From positions 1-64,000 of the IMG/VR virus record IMGVR_UViG_3300028805_000078: a stretch of DNA of 64,000 bases; one strand, written 5' to 3'. Below, piece by piece: positions 37,797 to 48,500 of this stretch. Every line of letters starts with the position of its first letter. Positions within the stretch are counted from its first letter, which is position 1. Position numbers and translations under genes: made by a program. The notes under the pieces are model-generated. The model was not told the DNA's origin, did no database searches, and saw only the letters and a program-made list of their open reading frames with translations. This stretch comes from a virus (Duplodnaviria; Caudoviricetes).

Positions 37797-38276
37797 ATGG
37801 CAAAAGAAAAAGCCGCACAAAGGCCAATACCTAATGCGTCAAAGACTGAAACGAAAACAATGACCGAAACTCCGGTTTTGAATGAATCTCTCGAACTATC
37901 TTCTATGAATAAAGAAATGCCCAAAGACTACAATACAGAAAACGCTATACAGCTTGGTGATGATATTCGCGAAATTAAAAGTACAAAGCTTAAGTATCAT
38001 CGCAACGGCGTTACTGGTGTAGCCAGGATACTTCAGCGATTTCCGGTTAGTGAAATAGTTAATGTTGAAGCAGGAGTATTTGATGAAAAACGCAACGGCG
38101 ATCAGCTTGTATTTGATTTCCTTGTTGCTGTATTTGATGATGCTGAATTTGTAAAACAGCATTATGATGATATGACGAGTGCTGATATAGATAGGATTCT
38201 TGAAATTTTCTTCCGTCTTAATGGAATTACTGAGCGTGAAGAAAAAAACCGGCAAGCCAAGGAGATGAAAACCTAA
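37797..38276 (+). CDS. tail assembly chaperone (gpG-like)
   Basis: Between the major tail gene and the tape measure gene; slippery A AAA AAC at 38243-38249. Confidence 0.75.
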   Translation: MAKEKAAQRPIPNASKTETKTMTETPVLNESLELSSMNKEMPKDYNTENAIQLGDDIREIKSTKLKYHRNGVTGVARILQRFPVSEIVNVEAGVFDEKRNGDQLVFDFLVAVFDDAEFVKQHYDDMTSADIDRILEIFFRLNGITEREEKNRQAKEMKT

Positions 38277-38665
38277 GCTTTGATGAAGCTGTTGCCGCGG
38301 TTGCAGTCTACCTTGGCGAAGTTGATGAAGACAAGATAAACAATATGGGTATCGTATTCTTTAACAACATATTAGCCGCGCTTGGCAAGCGCGTAAACTA
38401 CGATGCTGTAGTGAATTTCGCAGGCAATAGTTTTGCGAAAGATGCTTGGAAAACGATACAAGAAGCGAATCCGCTTATTAAACATAAACAAAGGCACGCA
38501 TTCGCAGACATGTTCTCTGAAGTTGCAATTAAACAAACTAAAATTATTCCTGTTACTGAGTCTGGTAAAAAGCTTGGCGATATTAGTGACGAAACTGTTG
38601 GTGATGTTACTGATACCGCGAAAGATATGTTTAATGCTTTGAGAATGGCGGTACAGCGTTCCTAA
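38243..38665 (+). CDS. -1 frameshift extension of the tail chaperone (gpGT-like)
   Basis: The -1 frame is open from the slippery site (KPASQGDENLSFDEAV...) into ORF 38345-38665. Confidence 0.75.
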   Translation, partial: KKPASQGDENLSFDEAVAAVAVYLGEVDEDKINNMGIVFFNNILAALGKRVNYDAVVNFAGNSFAKDAWKTIQEANPLIKHKQRHAFADMFSEVAIKQTKIIPVTESGKKLGDISDETVGDVTDTAKDMFNALRMAVQRS

Positions 38666-38686
38666 TAAAATAAAGAGGTATATAAT

Positions 38687-39022
38687 ATGAATAAATATCA
38701 GGAAGCATCGCAATGCTATAAAAATATTATACGCAATTGGGAACTGTTTCAGTCTGGTCACAACAAAGATCGTGCTCATGGTCAGATTGTAAATAATGCA
38801 ATCAGGCTTGCTCAGCTTGCTATTGAAGATCCCTTTGCTGCGCTTGATAAAGGCGTCGATGATCCGGCTCCTGAATCTACGCAAGTTGAAAACAAGGCTG
38901 AAGATAAGGAAGTTATTAAGGTTGAAAACAAGGAAGCAAACAAAGAAGTAAAACCTGCTGAAGTGAAATTCAAGCCTGATGAAAAGTCTTACAATAATTG
39001 GTCCAAGAATTATAAAAAGTAA
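38687..39022 (+). CDS. hypothetical protein
   Basis: AGAGG RBS; charged tail. Confidence 0.65.
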   Translation: MNKYQEASQCYKNIIRNWELFQSGHNKDRAHGQIVNNAIRLAQLAIEDPFAALDKGVDDPAPESTQVENKAEDKEVIKVENKEANKEVKPAEVKFKPDEKSYNNWSKNYKK

Positions 39023-39033
39023 CGGAGGCACAT

Positions 39034-39414
39034 ATGAAGTTTGAAGAATACTTCAATAAAGTTTGTGAAGCCTGCATTGTAAATGTAGGCGTAACTTGGA
39101 GTTCTTATCTTGAGCCTACCTATAAGATTATTCTTAAAAATCTTGAACTTGAGCCAAGTATCGTTGAGGATGTGAATTTGACGATGGATGATGTGAGCGA
39201 AATGCTTAAGCTCGAAATCGAACGAAGGCATGTTGTCACAGGGAAAGGCAGAGCTCTTAGCAATTGGATCTATGAAATTATTAACGGAACAATTGAACCT
39301 GTTGTCCAGACAGGAGAAACAGAATTGTTTAATAAGATTATTGATCTGCTGAAAAAGGATAAAGAAGAGAACGGCGTAGCCGAAGTGTCGCAGGAAGAAA
39401 ATAAGCCTGAGTAA
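39034..39414 (+). CDS. hypothetical protein
   Basis: GGAGG RBS. Confidence 0.65.
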   Translation: MKFEEYFNKVCEACIVNVGVTWSSYLEPTYKIILKNLELEPSIVEDVNLTMDDVSEMLKLEIERRHVVTGKGRALSNWIYEIINGTIEPVVQTGETELFNKIIDLLKKDKEENGVAEVSQEENKPE

Positions 39415-39597
39415 TAGTATGAGACAGGATCATCCTGTCTCTTTACGGAGCTCAGGTCGGCCTGCATTCGGTTCAAGTCCGAAAGCTCTTGAAGAATTTT
39501 TGAAACCTAAACGTGCAAGAATTTAGAATGCTGTGCGTTTAGGTTTTTTTATTGTATAATTTAATTTTTATATAACCATCATAAAGGAGAATTAAAT

Positions 39598-42500
39598 ATG
39601 GCCGATAACATTACAATGAATTTTGAATTGACCGGCGTTACTAAAGCTATTAGCGATGTAGAGAAATTAGTTCAGGTATCTGGAGAATTAGCTGCTCCAA
39701 TGAGAGAAGCAAAGACTGCAATAGGCGGCGTAAGTGAAGAGATTAGTGCAATAAAAGAGGGATTTGATTTAAGTTCTTTGAGTTCTGGCGCTGCCAGTAT
39801 GCCAGATATGTTGCAAAACTCTATTAACGCTATGGCTCAAGCGTTATCTCAGAGTGCTAAACAAATGCAGCAAGCTATGAAAGTATCCGGAGGGCAATTA
39901 ACCGAACAGCTCCAAATCGCGCAAACATATCTTGCTGTAAATTCAAGAATTTTAAATAACAATATTCAGACTGCCCGTGCTTTATTGCATGATGTTTCGC
40001 CTACACAAAGGAGCGCCTTTAACAGTTCTTATACAACAGCGGCACAAGATGCGGCAAATGTCTTCAGGAATTTCGCAAACACTAACGGTAGCGCTATGTC
40101 TGATAGATCTTTGGAATTGATGCTGCGAAATAATAAAATCGTATCTTCTGGTGTTTCGAGGATGGCGAAAAATACCGGGGCAAAAGAAGATTTGATTTAT
40201 AAAAGTTTGGTTCAAACTGCTGCAGCGCCTTTTATGCGTCGGGAAGTAATTAAAGACATCCAAAGATTAAGCGGTGGCCTTATTGATCCTACAAAAATAC
40301 AGGCACCAAAAGGAAACTTTTATAGCAGGTTGCCGGAACAGTTCCGAGGTTTATCTACCGTTATTACTCCTTCAACTGAAGCGGACATTTCAAAGTTTGT
40401 TCGTGGTAACGGTATCAAAGCATATAAAACTATCGAAGGCAATAAGCTTTACAATGAATTGTTAAATGAGATAACCGGCAATGCCCATCGAAAAGGAAAC
40501 ATAACGCTTGAACGAGCGTTGAATGCAGCCGGAATCCAGACGCGTTTTAAAGGCGGTTCTCAAGTTGGTTTGCCAACACGAATCGACGAAAGAACGTTGG
40601 CTTATGTTGGTGGCTTTTTGCATAGGTCATTGAATAATTATCTCGAAGGAGCTCCTTCGTATCTTGCTAACATGTCGCATTTATCCGACGATGATGCTGA
40701 ACGTCTTGGTGCGAAGAACGGAACTGTTGCAAGAGAAGTTGATTCCGCCTTTAGGATTCTTGCTAAAGCGGGTGTAAAGGATCTGTTGTACACGCCGAAC
40801 GGTGCGAGGCTGCCAAGCGTTGGAAATCCTAAGAATATAAAGTACATTTACAGCAAGCATTTGGCGCCACAAGGGATAAGACCTGATGAATTTGTTATAC
40901 CTTCAGTTACATATGCAGATTTTGGTAAAGGTGTTTTGCCTACAGCAAGAGACGGATTGATTCGGTATAGTGATAGTACGAATGGCAAGACTACGAATAA
41001 AATGATTTCCAGAAACATTCTGACGGATTTGCTTGGCATGCAAGGTAATCTCACATATGGCAATGGCAGTAAAACTAATATGGGTATTCCAAAGTTAATT
41101 TACGTAGACTTTGGTGAAGATGCTTATGCGAAAAAAGATAATGGTGAATTGGATTTTGATGAAACAGGAAACGTTAAATATAATGATGCTACGAAGAAAA
41201 TAATAACTGACATGTTTGATAAATCTAAACATAGTAAAACTATAAGAGGTTCGAAATATAGTTACTCTGTTATAAAGGGTGGACCGAACGGAGACACGAA
41301 TTATGTTCCTATTTCTACTAAACATGGTTCCGTAATCTTGGCTGCTGAGGGCGATTACGACGATCCTTATTCTTATGTTAGTATGTCAAAACGCAGTCTT
41401 GATACATTTGGCGTAAATGTTTTTGACGCATTTGAAAATATGGAAGAAGTAGTAGGTACGAACAAACAGCGTGCTAAAAAGATGGACACGAGAAATAGGT
41501 CTATTACTCCCTCTATTCCTTTTGCAGAAATGCAAGGATGGAGTATTCCTGGCCGTTCGAAGACTGCAATTTTGTCAATGAAAGACTTGTTTAAACTAAA
41601 GGATGGCGATAGTGATGCTGTAGGTATTGAAGGTACGGGCATCATATCTCCTGGTTATATTCCGGATGCTGCAGTTATTAGAATGCCGGGCGTTAAAGGA
41701 TCGTTGTTGCCTGTAAATCTAAAAAATATGGTGCAAAAAGTTTATGGAAATGTTGAAAGCCTATATGCACCAACTGTTACAGCTTCTGACGACATGAAGA
41801 AAGCATGGCATACAGGTGGCATTGATGCGGTTGTTAAACAATTTGGAGATAGTGTACTGTCTAATGGTCAATTTGTTGATGTTCTTAAGATGGATATGTT
41901 GTTGAGCGATGACTTGCTTAAGAGTTCTTTTTATACCAAAGGAATAAAAGATGGTGCAACGCATGAACAATTAGTTGATAGATTTTATAAAGTACTTGAG
42001 TTTATGGATTTATCTGGCAAAAACAATCCGCTTCAAGGAATAAGAGCTGTGCAGACTGCTGCAGGTTTTCAATCTCAGAAAGATGTGCTCAGTAATCAGG
42101 TTGCGCAGTATCTTAATATGGACTTTGATACTGCGAGCATGAACCAAAGCAGGTGGACCGAACATATTAACAAATTGAAATATAATGATCAATATGCATA
42201 CGATCAACTATTTAAACACGAGATAGACAAACAAGAAGATGTAATGGCGGCTATGCTCAATCCGGATAGTCAGATAGCAAGGAAAAGAAGAGAAGCTATT
42301 GCAAAAGCAGAAGAAGACAGGATGTACGGACGGCTATTTGGTGAGAACGAATTTATGATGGGCATGGCGGCTTTGAATCCGTTTGATTTTGTTAAAGTGT
42401 TGGCAGAAAGAAACGGCAAAGGGCAAAAGGGGTTAAATGTTGTCAATAAAGAATGGTTTGATAAACTGGGTCTGACTGGTAAAGGTGGAAAAGCTGGTAT

Positions 42501-45500
42501 TGCTGCTGCATTAGGCGGTTTCGCATTGGCATCCAATATTGCTGGTCTTCGATTTCCTAATAACTTCGGTGAGCAATTTCCTTTATTGAACAATAAAGAG
42601 TATATTGATTCTTTGAAAGAATTTGGAATGTCTCCGAATGCAATCTATATGAATGCTGCAACGTTGCGTAAAATGGGCACCGGAGATTTCGACGGAGATA
42701 CAGTACAGCTGATTAAAGGAAAATATGCGGATATTATAAGGCAGACTTTTGAAAATAATAAAGACCTTATAAAATGGGATGAATACGGCACAAGAATCGG
42801 AAGATTGGAAGAACCTAAAGATGTAGAAGAGAATAGGCCAGTTAATCCTGAAGATTGGGCTCAATATCTTTATCGACAGGCAGCGGCGAGGTTCAGGCTT
42901 GGACGAATCAGTAACGCTTCGGGCGCGATAGGACAGGTTTCGTCTAATGATGTACTTAGATCACTATATGCCAAAGGTGCGCTTGATTTGGCTGATCAAT
43001 ACGATATTGATACTACGTGGATTAAAACTGGTGTAGCTGCAAACTGGAGCAAAAATGCAAACAAAGTTAAACAGTATTTAGGCACTCCGTTCTCCTCTGT
43101 ATTTAAAGATATGATTGGCGCTGTTGCCTCTGGCGATTATTCGAAGTTCGGTGATCTATCAAAGGTAAATATGCCTAGTATATATAATGCATCGTCTATA
43201 GCGTTGATGGAAGAACTGACGAGATCACCGTTAAGTTCAAACGCCGTAGACCAATTGCTGAAAGCTCAGGACAGTATTCAGAACCTGTTAACGCCTGAAC
43301 AAATGAAACAAGGGCATGGTACTGCGTTTGAAAGAGCTCGCACCGAATACTTTAGGGCAAGAAATAAACGAATCGCAAACGCTATAACCGGCCGCGGCTT
43401 TATACCATCGCAAGAAGACGATGATGCACTCGAAGCTTTGTATGCCAGTTATCGTGCCAGCGCTTATGAAACATTCAGAAATTCCAAGAGTTTAGGAATA
43501 ACACAAGATGAAAAAGATAGAATAGGGCGAGAATTGAGAATACAGGAAGAAATACATAATGCATATAAAACATTTGGTTTAAGTCATGAAAACGTCGAAA
43601 AAGGCTTGGGGTATTCTGGATATGTTAAAAATAATGCTGGTAATTATGTTGCCAATAATGCATATACGCAAGGTCAGTTAGATGCAAATCCAGATCTCGA
43701 TAAAGTTAATTATGGTACAGCATTAACGATGGGCGGAACTTTGGCTGAAGCCGGAATACAAAGCACAGTACGCGAAAGACAGGAAGCTGAAGCCGCGCAG
43801 TATGCGAGAGATACATTGTTTGGAACTAATCCTCGAAGATGGTCTATATCTAATCTTAGATTATACAGAAGAAATGCAATAGACTGGTACAACCATACGG
43901 TTAATGATGCCGATATAGGCAATCAAGGCTTCGATCCTTTTGATACGGCGCTTGGTTCAGCCGTTCATAGTAGACTTGAAAGTATTATTAATGCGCGGTT
44001 GCAAAAAGATCTTGCATTGTCGGAGCCTGAGATATTAAAAGGCGTTGAAAGAAAAGAGCGTAAAGATAATGGAACAGTGGAAAACAATTTAATACCTCTT
44101 TTAAAAGAAGCTGGATTAAAGAATTATTTTAATGAAAATGGAGAATTGGATTTTCAGTTCCATGTAGATGATGCAGCTAAGCTAAATAAAGCTATTGAGT
44201 TTGTTAAACTTGCAAGTTCTGCGGACTTTTTGAAAGATGAAGATATTGTTGCCAGTGAATTTAAAACAACATTAGATTTAGGCCAATATAAACATAGTGC
44301 ACGCAAAGGTCAGGATATTGCAACTATAGGTTATGCTGATTTAGTCACATATCGTCATGATAAAAATCATCCTGAAAACAGCGGTTTCATTATTAATGAA
44401 TTTAAATCACATGAAGCAAACGATGACGGCCGCGAACAAACTGGTGTATATGGATTAAGTATTGAGAAATTAATCCAAGCCGGAATGATTAATGTAGATA
44501 AGCTGCGTGCAAGATATGGTGATAGTTTTAACCCAAGAGTTGTAGGCATCAGAACTTTTGGCTACTTAGATGAAAATGGTGCGCCGATGATTATTCCATT
44601 TGGCGAAGGAACTGAACAGAGACAAAAAGCTCAGGAACAAATGGAAGCTTTTGGTAAAGATGTTTCTAAAATTGAAGAAATGGCATTCAGCAAAGAAGGT
44701 CTTCGAGCCGCTATAATGGCAGGAAGGCAAGACATTGTTGATGACGTATTTTCATTTGTGCCAAAAGTATATAAAGATCAACTAGAAGCAGAGATTGGTT
44801 CGGACAACAGCCGCGAAAGTCTGCATAAAGCACGAGGCGCATTATTAAGTGATGAGACACGAAAGCAAGATGCGAGAACAATAGCTGAAGCATTTTCTTT
44901 GAGAAAAGACGTAGATACATATATCGATCAGCTTGACAGTATGTATTATGAGCTGAATCGAGAAGGTATCGATGCCCCGAAAGTAAAAGATAAATGGGGT
45001 TTGAAATGGTCGCAGATAAACAGTTCTTATGATAATAAACTGCAGGAATTTATAAATAGAGGTTTGACTTCAGAATCAGAGGAAATAGTTTCGATTAAAC
45101 GTGCACGTGATAGAAATATAACAGCCTATAATAGTAAATTACTTGAGATGGCTCCAAAGGATTTGTCTGATTTAAAGGACCGGTTGAATGATTCTGTTTC
45201 GAATATAGGAAAGAGTAGGTTTGTTTCAGAGAATGAAAAATATAAAGAAAAGTTGAATCTGATGATTGAAGAACAATCTTCTGCTTTGAATCAACTTGAA
45301 AAGAATAAAGACCAATACGCTGGAAATGAAGATGTTTACGAAAGCTCTTTGGCAAGAGCTCGTGCCAATTTAGAGGAAGTAAAACAATTAAGAGATAGCT
45401 TGGTTGAAAACTCTGATATACATTTAAAGATTAATCTCGAAGGCGACGCATTGCGCGATTTAAAACAGGCTCAATCGATATTACAGCAATTTGGATTTAA

Positions 45501-48500
45501 TGCGGATAATGAAGGTTATGCAAAAGAATTAGCAATGCACAATCTAAAGAACACGCAAATTTCAATTCTTGAATCGTTGGGCGCAAAAACAGTTGACGAA
45601 CAAGCCAATCTTTTAAAGAACATAAAAACAAATCCAGATGCATACAAAGATCAATTATCTCCTGATTTGTTGAAAGTATTGAATCTTGAAGAATATGATT
45701 ACGATAGATATATAGAGTTCCAGAAACAACGAAAAGAATTGCAAGATAGATATAATAGAGGAATTAATGAGGATCGTCAAAGATATTTTGAAGAAGATTT
45801 GATGCACAAAGCAAATAGTATCAACGTTAGTTCAGGAACAATAGATCAATGGCAAATTAGTTCTTCGCGTTTGAATGATAAATATAATTCTACAAGAAAA
45901 CTATATGAACAAGTAAATGGACTGTATTCTCAAAGAACGGATTTAATGCCGGGTGACGTAGAGTATTTAAATAATTTAAGAGACTCTGTTGCTGAATATG
46001 AGAGACAGTTGTCTGTAATGCAAGATGCTATTGAACAAGCTCAGGAGAATCGCGATTGGTATAAAAAGAATATAACGGACAGGCAAGATGTTCAAAGGAT
46101 AGCTGATATTAATCGTAAGTATGAAAAACAGATATCTCAAAGAAATCAACCTCGGTTTGGTAATGGTTTACTTGGTTCATTCGAAAAAAGATTATACGCT
46201 ATGCGCGCCGAAAGAGACGACAGAGAATATGCAATTAGCCAATTAACAGAACAGCGCATGCAACAACAAGCTATTGCAGACAGATATACAGAGCTGAAAG
46301 GCAAAAATGGTTATAAATTTTCAAATGAAGATCAGGATAAACTTGATGCCGCCAGCAGAAGTATAAATGAACTGAATGCTCAAATCGCCGGTGAACAGAG
46401 CGCTTTAGAGGGAATTAGTGGTGCCTCCGGTGTCGCAAAGGCTGCGATGGGCGCACTCGGCGATGCTTTCTCCCGTCTATCGTCTATGTTTGGCCGTCGT
46501 ATCTTTATGAAACTTCTCTCTGAAGTAACCCAGTTCATGAAGCAGTATGATACGGCTATGACAAATGTACGGATGATCACGATGAAGACAAGCGAAGAGA
46601 TGGATCAGGTCGGGGCAAGCAACTTCGTTACTGCGCGTAGGCTGAAAACTGATGTTGTAACGGTTGCCGAAGTTAAAGCTGGTCTTTATCGCCAGGGTCT
46701 CTCCGATGAGGAGGTTGAAGACAGAACAGATCAGGTAATCAAGTTTGCGAAGGTTGCTGGCATCAAGACGGAAACTGCGAGTAAGATTATGACTACTGCG
46801 CTTAAGAACGGGCTCGTCGAATCTGCACAGGAAGCAATGGACGTTCTTGCTGCATTGGGTGACAGCGCGGCTACGACTGCTGACGAAATCCAGAAGGCGC
46901 TTCAGAAGGTTGCGGCTACGGCGCACAGCACTGGTATGGAGTATAACGAACTCACCGCGCTTCTGACGGTCGCGCTTGATAAGACGCAGCTCAGCGGCAA
47001 CGTAATCGGTACAGCGATGAACACAATCATGACCCGTATGCGCAGGGTTAATGAAACAGATTATGTGAAAGCAAGCAACGGTGAGATCACTACAATCAAC
47101 GATGTAGACAGAGCGCTCAGCAGGGTCGGAGTAAGTATCCGTGAAAACGGTAAAATGAAGGATACTGTTGAAATCCTTAGGGATCTTAGCAAAGTCTGGG
47201 GTACTATCGATAACGATATGACAAAACAGAATATCGTGTATGCGATGGCCGGTCGAGGAGCGGCCGCTACAAATACGTTGTATTCCGTACTTGAAGCATT
47301 AGGTGAAGATGGCGGAGAAGCATATGAGAAAGCATTGCAAACTGCGATGAGTGCAAATGGAACTGTTGATGAGAAGTATACTGCATATCTTGACAGTTAC
47401 AACGCATCGCTGCAGGAGCTGAATACGAGTATCGATACTCTTGGAAATACGATTATATCGAGTGGCATTGCACAATTCTTTGTTGATTTTGCAACAGATG
47501 TTGCCTCACTTCCCGGCTTAATTGCTATTGCATTACCGGCAATTACAAAGATGATTACTGGAATAACTGTTGCCACCGGTGTAATGAAGACATCGACTGC
47601 AGGTATAATTGGTTTTGGAGTTGGAGCGGTGGCCGCGGCTGGGTTTGGTATCTACAAATTAATTGCTGATGCACGAAAAAGAAGAGAAGAGCAAAATCTT
47701 AGAAACGAAGATTTGAGCAATATTCTTAATACAAACGAACAACAGAATTTGCAAAAACAAAAAAGCAAAATCGAATCATATTACGATACAATTGAATCGT
47801 TCTACGATAAGTATGGAAACAGTGCAAACATTACGGAGGTTGCTGGGCAAAAAGAAGTAGAAGAATTTGAATCTGCCGTAAGTAATTTGAGCACTACTCT
47901 TGGGACTAAATTTAAAACTAATATAGCCGATGCTTTATCGGATATGGGTAAGTTCAAAGATTTAATTGAAGAAATAACAAAAGAAGTAAATGATGAAAAA
48001 GCTAAAATTTCAAAAGAACAAGTAACGTTAGCTGCGCAAGGTAATGTGTCTTTTGGCAGAAATGTTTCTGCATGGGGTGGTTTATCTAACATAGGTACGC
48101 TTGCTCCTGGGTATGATATGTTAGATGCTATTTATATGCAATCGTTAGTTGACGCTGGTTTGATAAATGGTTATACTGTCAAAGGAGAATTAATAAACGG
48201 AAGATCTTTTGGCTTAGAAGATACACGAGGAAACACTAAAACAGTTTGGGGACCACATGCAATAAATGAAATTAGATATGTTGATGAATTAGTTGGTCAA
48301 TTGTACAATGGCGCTAATCAAATTGGTGATGCTCAGAATGTATTAAGGGCGAATTTAAAGAATCAAATTGTTGAATATAATGATAAATATGATTTAGGGT
48401 ATAATGAGATAGAGAATTTTACCGATGTTCAAATTGAAGAAGCTTTAAAGACTATAGCTGCATATTCCTATCTCGAAAATTTGATATCAAAAAGTGATGA

